Source: Mizuhopecten yessoensis
Lineage: Eukaryota
Direction: 5' to 3'
Assembly (NCBI RefSeq): GCF_002113885.1
Contig: NW_018404940.1
Span: 286,146 to 350,145, forward strand
DNA length: 64,000 bases
A model generated the notes under the pieces. The model saw only the letters and a program-made list of their open reading frames with translations, made no database searches and was not told the DNA's origin. The first letter of the stretch is position 1, and the number at the start of each line of letters is the position of its first letter. Both the position numbers and the translations under genes were made by a program. Positions 27,101 to 37,273 of this stretch are shown here, piece by piece.

Positions 27101-30100
27101 AACTGAAACCAGTTTATAACCATAAACAACTGGGTAGCTGGATCAGTTGAAACCAGTTTATAACCATAAACAACTGTGTAGCTGGATCAATTGAAACCAG
27201 TTTATAACCACAAACAACTGGGTAGCTGGATCAATTGAAACCTGTTTAGAGCCATAAATAACTGGGTAGCTGGATCAATTGAAACCAGTTTATAATCATA
27301 AACAACTGGGTAGCTGGATCAATTGAAGCCAGTTTATAACCATAAACAACTGGGTAGCTGAATCAATTGAAACCAGTTTATAGCCATAAATAACTGAGTG
27401 GCTGGATCAATTGAAACAAGTTAATAGCCATAAATAACTGCGTGGCTGGATACATTGAAACCAGTTTATAGCCATAAATAACTGAGTAGCTGGATCAATT
27501 AAAACCAGTTTATAACCATAAACAACTGGGTAGCTGAATCAATTGAAACCAGTTTATAACCATAAACGACTGGGTAGCTGGATCAATTGAAACCAGTTTA
27601 TAACCATACACAACTGGGTAGCTGGATCAATTGAAACCTGTTTAGAGCCATAAATAACTGGGTAGCTGGATCAATTGCAACCAGTTTATAGCCATAAACA
27701 ACTGGGTGGCTGGATCAATTGAAACCTGTTTATAGCCAAAAACAACTGGGTATCTGGATCAATTGAAACCAGTTTATAGCCATTAAAACAACTGAGTAGC
27801 TGGATCAATCGAAGCCAGTTTATAGCCATAAATAGCTGAGTAGCTGGATCAATTGAAACCAGTTTATAACCATAGACAACTGTGTAGCTGGATCAATTGA
27901 AACCAGTTTATAACTATAAACAACTGGGTAGCTGGATCAATTGATACCAGTTTATAGCCATAAACAACTGAGTAGATGGATCAATTGAAACCAGTTTATA
28001 ACCATACACAACTGGGTAGCTGGATCAATTGAAACCAGTTTATAGCCATAAACAACTGAGCGGCTGGGTCAATTGAAACCAGTTTATAGTCATGCACAAC
28101 TGTGTGGCTGGGTCAATTGAAACCAGTTTATAGCCATACACAACTGCGTGGCTGTATCAATTGAAACCAGTGTATAGCCATACACAACTGAGTGGCTGGG
28201 TCAATTGAAACCAGTTAATAGCCATACACAACTGTGTGGCTGTATCAATTGAAACCAGTTTATAGCCATACACAACTGCGTGGCTGTATCAATTAAAAAC
28301 CAGTTTATATCCACAAACAACTGCGTGGCTGGATCAATTGAAACCAGTTAATAGCCATAAATAACTGCGTCGCTGGATCAATTGAAACCAGTTTATAGCC
28401 ATACACAACTGAGTGTTGTATCAATTGAAACCAGTTTATAGCCATAAATAACTGAGTAGCTGGATCAATTGAAACCAGTTTATAGCCATAAATAACTGCG
28501 TGGCTGGATCAATTGAAACCAGTTAATAGCCATAAATAACTGCGTCGCTGGATAAATTGAAACCAGTTTATAGCCATACACAACTGAGTATTGGATCAAT
28601 TGAAACCAGTTTATAGCCATACACAACCGAGTGTTGGATCAATTGAAACCAGTTTATAGCCATACACAACTGAGTGTTGTATCAATTGAAACCAGTTTAT
28701 AGCCATACCCAACTGAGTGTTGGATCAATTGAAACCAGTTAATAGCCATACACAACTGCGTGGCTGTATCAATTACAAACAAGTTTATATCCACAAACAA
28801 CTGCGTGGCTGGATCAATTGAAACCAGTTTATAGCCATTAACAACTGCGTGGCTGGATCAATTGAAACCAGTTTATAGCCATACACAACTGCGTGGCTGT
28901 ATCAATTAAAAACCAGTTTATATCCAAAAACAACTGCGTGGCTGGATCAATTGAAACCAGTTTATAGCCATAAGTAACTGAGTGTTGGATCAATTGAAAC
29001 CAGTTTATAGCCATAAATAACTGCGTGGCTGGATCAATTGAAACCAGTTTATAGCCATAAATAACTGCGTGGCTGGATACATTGAAACCAGTTAATAGCC
29101 ATAAATAACTGCGTGGCTGGATACATTGAAACCAGTTTATAGCCATAAATAACTGCGTGGCTGGATCAATTGAAACCAGTTAATAGCCATAAATAACTGC
29201 GTGGCTGGATCAATTGAAACCAGTTTATAGCCATACACAACTGAGTGGCTGGGTCAATTGAAACCAGTTTATAGCCAAAAACAACTGAGTGGCTGGGGCA
29301 ATTGAAACAAGTTTATAGCTATAAACAACTGAGTGGCTGGATCAATTGAAACCAGTTTATAGCCATAAACAACTGCGTGGCTGGATCAATTGAAACCAGT
29401 TTATAGCCATACACAACTGAGTGGCTGGGGCAATTGAAACCAGTTTATAGCCAAAAACAACTGAGTGGCTGGGTCAATTGAAACAAGTTTATAGCTATAA
29501 ACAACTGAGTGGCTGGAACAATTGAAACCAGTTTATAGCTATACACAACTGAGTGGCTGGATCAATTGAATCAAAGACAGACAATCTTCGATCAAATCAT
29601 TGTGAAAATTAACTGATGTTGATGAGATTTTTTTAGCTTGATTTAAAATTTAAAAGTGTTTAGCGTGATATATCTTTAAACTGTTTTCGAGAGTATTTCA
29701 AAACAATGTACATCTTAGGAGTGTAATTTTTGTAGCGAGCTATACTTTTACCCTTTGTCTATATAGTATTTTGTAGTGGGATGTACATTTACCCTTTGTT
29801 TATATAGTATTTTGTAGTGAGCTATACGTTTACCCTTTGTTTATATAGTATTTTGTAGTGGGATGTACTTTTTAACTGGTTCATGGAGTACTTGTTGCGG
29901 GATGGATGTTTAAACATTTGGTTAATTGAACGTTGTTTTAGCATGACATATCTTGTAACTATGGATTACCGAGTATTTTAGCGAAACATATATTATGACT
30001 TAAGTTTATTTAGAGTTTTGTAGCGGGATAAGTCTTCGAACTGGTTAAAGGACTATTTTATGGAGGGATATAACTTACCTGTGGTTAACGTAATAGAATG

Positions 30101-33100
30101 AATATATCGTTGCGTTGTGGCTTTAATTTGGTGATTGATCTTGACATTAACATCACCCTTTTGAAAATTGACTTAAAATGTTAAGAGTAGGTAAAACAAT
30201 AGGGTATGTAGGGTTACTAGAATCACAAAATGTTTTTGCATGGCCTAAACAATAAGTTTCTGTACGTATGTAACATAAAAAACTGGACATACTTGGAACA
30301 TTTTACTTTACCTCTATGACCACCAGGTATCTAAAGTTTGACTTAATAAAATCACATGCAAGCATACAGGTACGTGTTTATTCAGTAAAGGCTCAAAACA
30401 TTAAGTGTTAATTCTTAAACTCTAGAATTTAGAGAACTATGAACTATTAACCGTAGGCCATTAAGTTATTTAAATGTTTCGTTGGGGGATGACTATTAAA
30501 TTGTGCTTTATAGAGTATTTTGCAGCGAGATTGCCATTATAGATGTTTATAGATTAACATGTAGCGAGGTGTATATTAGCTGTAGTTTACAGTGTATTTC
30601 AGTGGAATGATTTAAAATTATAATTATAAAAAAGTATTGTACATTGATATTATTGTCATTTTATGTGATTATCATGCTCGACTGTGAAAGGAGATAAGAT
30701 TGATTGTTTGTCTTTACAGGTGTGGGTAGATGCAGGAACTCAAATCTTCTTCAGCTACTCCATCAGTCTGGGAACTCTAACAGCCCTGGGAAGTTACAAC
30801 AGATTCAAACATAACTCGTTTAGGTAATTTTATACAAAACAAAAACCAAGACATTTACACTCTATGCTTTTGTTATATGTCTAGGTATTAATATCTATAT
30901 TTAGCTTTATTGATTCATTAGTGTGGTCTTGATTTGTATTTATTCATCGGTTATAATTTTTAAGTTTATGTTGTTGGGTTTCGCTTGTCAGATGAAATTA
31001 TAACCATTTTTTTTACAGGGATAGCATGGGTTTCGCAGCTGTCAACAGTTTCACCAGCATTCTGGCTGGGCTTGTGATATTTTCCGTCTTAGGTTTTATG
31101 GCTAAACAACAAGGTACCACCGTGGACAAGGTTGCCGAATCAGGTTAGCAGAACATTTATATTGTAAGAGAGGTAACTCTTCATCAATGAAAAATGACAG
31201 TTGATATATACATGTGTTGAAATGACCAGACTATTTGCCTTCTCAATCTTACGAAACAAGCAGTGCATTACAACATATATATTAATAAGGTCCTTGTTTA
31301 TTCCTATTTATTTGATAACCCAAGTGAAAAAGGAATTTCGCGACCGTTACCTTGTATGATGACAGGGCTCAGTAGACGAATAAGAGTCCAAAGTTTCCAA
31401 AACATAGCTTATACAACCGTACGTACCGAATAGTCTTGATAAGAACCTCACAGATTTTTTCAACGGTGAGAAATACTCTGTCATTTTGCGCTCCTAAAAA
31501 AACATTGTTGTTCGACACTCGCCGTCCCTAAGAGCTTTTTCCCTATGTCAGTGGTGAAGACCAACTCCGAAGTACCGGCATAACTCCCCTTGGCCACGTA
31601 CCGAACTACTCTTGTCATTTTCGGCTCCTAAAAATATATTTTCCCAAACACATTTTGTTTTCTTCGCAGTTTTCCCTCGTAAAAAACGTCAAAATCACTT
31701 GCTACTGATGCAATGATAATCAAATTTAATTAGAATCACACCGGTCAAATTCTCACATTAGCATTATTATTCTTTAATCATTATTAACCCTTTCACCACT
31801 GTAGACCATAATGGACTAATCCTGATAAATGCATGGTAGAGTCCATTAAAGTTACCTAGAGTTGAAAGGAGTAATGTTTGCAAGCAACGTCCTCAGATTT
31901 TACTTTATGTATTTCAGGACCCGGATTGGCATTCATCGCCTACCCTGAGGCAGTCAGACAGATGCCAGTTGCGCCCCTTTGGGCTGTTCTGTTCTTTGCA
32001 ATGGTGTTATTACTTGGTCTTGATAGTCAGGTAGGTAAACTCTCAATGACCATATTAACCTAAACCATAAAGTTATTTCAACTTGTTTCCGGATCCCATT
32101 CCTCTGTACTTTGTATGTTATGTGATGAAATGCAACTTAGTTTGGAATGAAGTAAAGTTTATATTAACCTAAATAAAACTTACCTTGGTTATAAGAGGTA
32201 TATATGTGTATGTCAGATAAGCCCAATACATTTTAATTGGACAATAATAATGTTTTATGAAATTGATTTAAATAGTTTCAGTTTCAATGTATCCTTTGGA
32301 AATAAGCCATGACCGCTTAAAGGGGTTATCCAATGTTTTAAAGGCAAAACATTTCTTTTAAGCAGTAATTCATTCATATAATCATATCTTATAGCTTAAC
32401 TTGACCGATTTGATTTTGAATTATTTCATTCAATGTATGCATTTCTACAATATGTGATATTTTTTTATAACTAAGTATCTTTAACTAATGTAATATGTAC
32501 ATCCTTAACCAATATTAATAACATCCTATGTTCAGTTTTGTTGATTTCTAAGGAATGTAATTTTCTCATGTGATATAATAATGTCAGAAATTATGCTGTG
32601 TCTATATGCCTTTTACCTGAAAACTTCAGGATCTTTTGGTATTTAGTGTTTGTTCCAAACTCCATGTTTGTTTTACAGTTTGTGGGTGTGGAAGGGTTTG
32701 TCACTGCCGTCGTTGACGGTTACCCACAGTACCTTAGACGAGGCCGGAGGAGAGAAATATTTATTGCCATTGTCTGTGTGATATGTTTCTTTATCGGCTT
32801 GTCGATGGTGACAGAGGTAAGGTTGTGTTGTATATTGTCTGCATGATCTCAAACATTATCTCAGGGTTGTAGCGCTTATGTTAGAAAAATAATTAGTCAC
32901 GATGCATACATCGTGTAGTATAGGGGGATGGGAATGGTATTTTAGGTTTTTTTCAATAGGAAAATACTAGGGAAGGAAATTACATGTTCAGGTATATGTA
33001 CGCTTATGGGGAGAGTGATACGCTATAACTAGTGGCGTATTGGAAGACTGGTACACAATTTAGCTAACTACTAATCTGCCGTGTGCGGAAATGCTAGCCG

Positions 33101-36100
33101 ACTGTTAGGCAAACATAGATTTAATGATAAAGATACATGAATTGTTTATGTTGTGTTTAACTAAAGGATGACTCCGTCCCACAGGGCGGAATGTATGTAT
33201 TTCAGTTATTCGACTACTACTCTGCCAGCCGAATTGTTCTCGTTGTTGCCTTCTTCGAGTGCATCGTGGTAGCTTACATCTACGGTATGTTGTACCCCTA
33301 GGAGATTCATCTGGTTAAAACAAACAATGGGTGTGGCATGTCTACACAGCATGCACATCTTATGACTAATATTCAAAAAAGATAACGCGTGTTACCAAAA
33401 CAACCAAATAACAAAATTTACTTCAATGTTTGAAGACCTGGCGTGAATTAATAAGAATACGTATGATTTTGGCTTAACATCTTAACATAAGTCATGTTGC
33501 TGTTGAGGGCACCAAAGCAATAACCACATGGATCTCCCGTAACAATGGCGGCACCATCTATTTTTGGCCCCAAAACAATTCCCCATTTCGCCTGCCGTCG
33601 TGCCTGTTAGGTTCCCGTTTGTTTACCCATTTCGCCCTTAGACCAGTTTACGGTTAGGATTTACACGGAAACTGTATAATCAAAAAGCAGGTAGCTAAGT
33701 TTCCATTGCACCCAACTTCTGCAGAATTTGATGTACTAATGAAGAGTAATCATGGTTTACATGTACTTCACTAACTACTCCAAGTGTTTTTTTATCTTGC
33801 ATAACCACAAATTGTTTCTCTTTTCATTGTGTGGATTAAAGAAATTTTCTACTTTTTTCTTCTTAATCAATTTAATATTGTAAGATTTATACAATAAATA
33901 GGCTCTCGCTTTGTTACACTCAGCCTCTAAGTAAATGCGATTCTTGTCATTTAAATAAATTCACTATAATCATAAATGCACTGTAACACTTTCACCTTAA
34001 ATGATCATCGACTAATTTCACCACCAGTACGAGGTTTAAAGGCTGAAGTGAAACTCAAGGACAGGTTGATCCTCAGAGACTTTGCGCTGGAGAAATATAT
34101 TACTGCAAAATTATTAACATTTTTTCTGTAATACAACATGTGACCTTTTGTACTTTCCATTTTTGGTTTTCAGAGAGGGTGTTGCTTACCTATACTCACA
34201 GTTATATGATAGCCGATGTAATCACTCAGTTATAAATATCATTATGTTTGTTTTCTTTCTTTTAATAATATATAACTAATGCACATCTTTACAACGTAAC
34301 TTTTCTATCAATTAAATTCTGGTTTTAATTAAAGGGTCAGAGTTTAACTCATTGCAAATTAAAAGTTTCAAAAGCACAGGTACATATGAGCGGTACCTCT
34401 ATTAGTAGTTACCGCTATCAAATCTACCAGCGACTCTGTGATTGGATAACCTAATTATCATGATTCTTTAGGGGATCCCTAATAACAAAAACCTGTTTCT
34501 TACTGATGTTCCGAAGGAGTGACCAGGCCGTCCCACGCAAACTACCAATGTTTTTAATCTTGACTCAATACTTTCCCAATGCAACCCTTTGACTTATTCA
34601 CCCCTGAAGACACATTTGAACTCCTCCAATTCAAAGGATGGAATAGTTTATTATGAGATTTGAGGGGTGAAAGAGTTGATATGATTCAGTAATGATTATA
34701 ATTCATTTACAAATGTACCTTCGTGAATTATTTTGCAAACATAATTTTGTAGTTCACGGTATCATTCAATTATTACTCGTTATAATTTATCAAATTCTCT
34801 GTATTGTAACATATTTGTATTGACTAACCACACTTGTAAAATGTGTATTTTACTGGACGTATTTTTTTTTTTTTTGACAATTGTTAAATCGTTTCACGGC
34901 GATCCATTTAAATCTTCTTAGTGCAGCTTAAGATAAAAGCAATCGTGAGGAAGTTTGTACAAAAGTGCTGATTTTTTTACCCAGATAATTTTTGATTGTG
35001 ACTTTGTGTAATTTTGTGTCGTTAAACATTGTGTTGACTGCTACAGTAAGTGACGGCAGTATCGGAATATGGCATAAATTATACTTCATGTCATCGCTAT
35101 ATAATTATAGAAGTTTCATTATCATTAAAACGATATCTCGCGTTGATGCAATTGATCTATAGATAGACTGTTCCTTATTCGTTAGAGTTAAGACAACGTG
35201 TAGAAGTGGTCTGTTTAATAGTTGATGTAGGGGAACAGGTTTTGCTTGATCAATAACTAAAATGTTGTTATTTCGTTTAGACCAAATCTGTCCACACGGG
35301 GTAAGTATATAGCACCATTCCGTAGGCCTTGATAGAATATTTAGTATCACACAGATCGCATAGGAAATCATAATACTCGCGCGGAAATGATGGTAATTAC
35401 AGGCGATAAGAGGAGGAGAGGGTGTGTCGCATTCTGTAATAGTTGTACTTACATGTGTTTTTATTGTATTTGGCAGGTATTGATCGATTCTATGACAACA
35501 TAGAAATGATGTTCGGGTTCCAATTACCCTTCTGGACCAAAATTTTCTGGATGTTCATTACACCAGCCTTCACTATGGTATGTAGACTGATTCAGGGTAA
35601 CGTGGTATATACCATAATATAACATAGTGTGTTTACCGGTACGTGGTAACATGGTATATACCATCATATAGCGTGGTGAGTAAACCATACTATACCATGG
35701 TGTGTATACCGATACAGGGTAACGTGGTATATACCATCATATAACGTGGTGAGTAAACCATACTATACCATGGTGTGTATACCGATACAGGGTAACGGGG
35801 TATATATCATAATATAACATAGTGTGTTTACCGATACATGGTAACATGGTATATACCATCATATAACGTGGTGAGTAAACCCTACTATAACACGATGGTG
35901 TGTATACCGATACAGGGTAACGTGGTATATACCATCATATAACATATAGTGTTTACCGGTACGTGGTAACATGGTATATACCAGCATATAACGTGGTAAG
36001 TAAACCATACTATACCATGGTGTGTGTATACCGATACAGGGTAACGGGGTATATATCATAATATAACATAGTGTGTTTACCGATACATGGTAACATGGTA

Positions 36101-37273
36101 TATATCATAATATAACATGGAGTGTTTACCGATACAGGGCAACGTGGTATATACCATAATATACCATGGTATGTTTACCGATACAGGGTAACCTGGTATA
36201 TATCATGTTATAACAAGTTGTGTATAACGAAACAGGGTAACAGGTTTAGGTTTATTCTGTTACATTGTTCGTAAAGTGAAAATGTAGACAACTTGACTGA
36301 TTCGAGTTAATGGAGCTACTGGCAAACATTAACCAGGAAAGCTTTTATCATTTAATACATAATTAGACACAGTGTACACTCGAGCATATAATGTTATGCA
36401 GAAGTCGGGACAACATGACACTTACAGTATTTTTCTCAACATCTGTTCTTATTCTGGTCGTTTCCTTTAATAAGAATACCAACTAAATGTAAGGTGACAT
36501 AATATGTCGGCAGATATCATTTGAGAAAACAGACCATTTGAACGGTTAAAATGCAATGCCCGTTATCAAACAATTCCGTCTATTACAGACTATCTTCATC
36601 ATGGGAGCCATCAGTTACTCCGAGTTGGAATACAAGAGGAAGCATATAACATACACCTACCCATCATGGGCAATCGGTATCGGATGGACGCTTGCTATGA
36701 TCTCTGTCATCTGGATTCCAATCATAATAATCAAGCGTATTTATGAAGCAAAGGGCACGATACATGAGGTAAGAATGAAGATTATGATTGTCATATTTTA
36801 ACTCATACCATGTTTTCTTGTGCCTTATCCGTTTCAACATTTCTACTGCTTTAATATCACTACATGGACCGAAAACTGCTGTATTTGATTTATAAAGGGA
36901 ATTCCAATAAAGAAAACATGAAATTTATACTTTTAATATATTTAAGAAAAGGAAACAAAACTGTGTGAAATAAATATGACCTTCGGCATTTTCTTGGAAA
37001 TTTGATTAAATTAAACTTAATTCGTATTCTACTAAACAAGCTGATGTATTTCAAATTGTTATGGAACTGCTTCTGTTTCAGCGATTCATTGCATGTACTA
37101 CTCCACAACTGAAAGAGGAACAGATACGGAAAGGAGAAGACCTCAGTAAAATCAAGCTAATTACCGACCACTATAGCATTAAAGAAACCACGTCAACACA
37201 GGACAATCTTCTGCCAAAATATTCCTCTAGCAGTGCAAGTGTAGAGTTTAATAAATCGCCGAACAACCTATAG
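5844..37273 (+). CDS. SLC6 sodium/chloride-dependent transporter (taurine/creatine/GABA subgroup; probably a molluscan taurine transporter), 13 coding exons, 672 aa
   Basis: join(5844-6105,17542-17673,18038-18341,22115-22247,22749-22883,30720-30823,31019-31143,31918-32030,32679-32816,33185-33284,35477-35577,36589-36768,37082-37273) = 2019 nt. All introns are GT-AG, phases are compatible and there is no internal stop. NSS motifs: [75 protein letters not shown]. Na2 (DS) and Cl- site residues (Y, Q, S, S) are intact. Confidence 0.95.
14025..15107 (+). mobile_element. Complete non-autonomous Helentron-type element (HINE/DINE-1-like) carrying an internal ~146-bp satellite array
   Basis: 5' TTTTAGCTCACCTG..CAGGTGAGCT hairpin/subTIR, (GTCC/GTC)n microsatellite, ~6 copies of a ~146-bp unit (ACTTCTTCTCAATAACC...CAAGGTCACAGGGGTCAAA). 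3' CAGGTGAGCG plus palindrome AGGCCCATTGGGCCT, then CTTGTT. Confidence 0.85.
16356..16465 (-). mobile_element. SINE-like 3' end fragment
   Basis: (GTTTA/G)n tail followed by TGTTTAATGTCCTATTAACAGCTATGGTCAT and a GT-rich segment. Resembles the 3' tail of an abundant bivalve SINE (recognised from memory, not searched). Confidence 0.5.
17015..17310. repeat. Degenerate ~29-30-bp tandem repeat (ATTGACCCTCTTCTTACTGTAAATT-like)
   Basis: About 9 recurring TTGACC...TACTGTAAA units. Confidence 0.8.
17542..17673 (+). CDS. SLC6 exon 2 (TM2)
   Basis: ATAG|GT GCG TTC: AFLIPYF...[10 protein letters not shown]...PLFQ G|GTGAGT, 132 nt. Confidence 0.95.
18038..18341 (+). CDS. SLC6 exon 3 (TM3, EL2)
   Basis: CTTATAG|GT ATT GGA: GIGYA...[11 protein letters not shown]...PVTEFW GA|GTAAGT, 304 nt. 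N-glycosylation sequons NWT and NMT. Confidence 0.95.
20771..20805. promoter_or_regulatory. Candidate osmotic response module: inverted TonE/ORE (NFAT5) pair plus overlapping TGACGTGG
   Basis: TGGAAAATTAC (20776-20786, +) and TGGAAAATTCC (20795-20805, -) both fit TGGAAANNYNY. The motif match is seen; function is inferred. Confidence 0.4.
22115..22247 (+). CDS. SLC6 exon 4 (TM4)
   Basis: CTACAG|G CGG: RKVLQLS...[11 protein letters not shown]...WKGIKSSGK|GTGATA, 133 nt. Confidence 0.95.
22749..22883 (+). CDS. SLC6 exon 5 (TM5)
   Basis: GTGCAG|[10 protein letters not shown]...RGVTLDGA...LLDPQ|GTACAT, 135 nt. Confidence 0.95.
24386..24460. repeat. ~37-bp direct duplication abutting the large array
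   Basis: TC(A/G)GTTTTAACTGAGGTGGTTCGTTTGGAGTCT(G/T)ACAT x2. Confidence 0.9.
24470..29570. repeat. 44-bp satellite array, ~115 copies, inside SLC6 intron 5
   Basis: Consensus ATAAACAACTG(G/A)GTAGCTGGATCAATTGAAACCAGTTTATAGCC. Period checked (24721 to 24765). No spacers. Confidence 0.98.
29725..29870. repeat. ~41-bp tandem repeat x3-4 with decayed flanking copies
   Basis: TTTACCCTTTGT(C/T)TATATAGTATTTTGTAGTG(G/A)G repeated. Confidence 0.85.
30720..30823 (+). CDS. SLC6 exon 6 (TM6); not in ORF track
   Basis: TTTACAG|[36 protein letters not shown]|GTAATT, 104 nt. Confidence 0.95.
31019..31143 (+). CDS. SLC6 exon 7 (TM7); not in ORF track
   Basis: TTTTACAG|G: [40 protein letters not shown]|GTTAGC, 125 nt. 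Confidence 0.95.
31788..31871. mobile_element. ~85-bp palindromic piggyBac-like MITE
   Basis: TTAA|CCCTTTCAC...AATGGACT...AGTCCATT...TTGAAAGGAG|TAA. Ends ~45 bp upstream of the exon 8 acceptor. Confidence 0.6.
31918..32030 (+). CDS. SLC6 exon 8 (EL4, TM8)
   Basis: TTTCAG|GA: [12 protein letters not shown]...LLLGLDSQ|GTAGGT, 113 nt. Confidence 0.95.
32679..32816 (+). CDS. SLC6 exon 9 (TM8-TM9)
   Basis: TTTTACAG|[13 protein letters not shown]...RREIF...MVTE|GTAAGG, 138 nt. Confidence 0.95.
33185..33284 (+). CDS. SLC6 exon 10 (TM10); not in ORF track
   Basis: CCACAG|[34 protein letters not shown]|GTATGT, 100 nt. Confidence 0.95.
34593..34675. mobile_element. ~85-bp palindromic piggyBac-like MITE (related to 31788)
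   Basis: TTGA|CTTATTCACCCCTGAA...TTGAGGGGTGAAAGAG|TTGA: 4-bp duplicated flanks and TIRs. Confidence 0.65.
35477..35577 (+). CDS. SLC6 exon 11 (TM11); not in ORF track
   Basis: GGCAG|GT: [13 protein letters not shown]...[13 protein letters not shown]|GTATGT, 101 nt. Confidence 0.95.
35593..36245. repeat. Palindrome-rich compound tandem repeat (49- and 73-bp units, ~122-bp higher order)
   Basis: CAGGG(T/C)AAC anchors at 35593, 35715, 35788, 35913, 36037, 36135, 36184 and 36233. GGTATATACC and CCATGG palindromes throughout. Confidence 0.9.
36589..36768 (+). CDS. SLC6 exon 12 (TM12)
   Basis: TTACAG|TIFIMG...[15 protein letters not shown]...IWIP...GTIHE|GTAAGA, 180 nt. Confidence 0.93.
37082..37273 (+). 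CDS. SLC6 terminal exon 13 (cytoplasmic tail)
   Basis: TGTTTCAG|RFIACTTP...KSPNNL* gives the typical 'GT..ER....TP' junction. Stop TAG ends at 37273. Confidence 0.88.
   Translation, partial: RFIACTTPQLKEEQIRKGEDLSKIKLITDHYSIKETTSTQDNLLPKYSSSSASVEFNKSPNNL

Noticed and set aside
24470-29570. CRISPR-like array of palindromic repeats
   Set aside because: Units are contiguous with no unique spacers, there are no cas genes, and the context is a eukaryotic intron.
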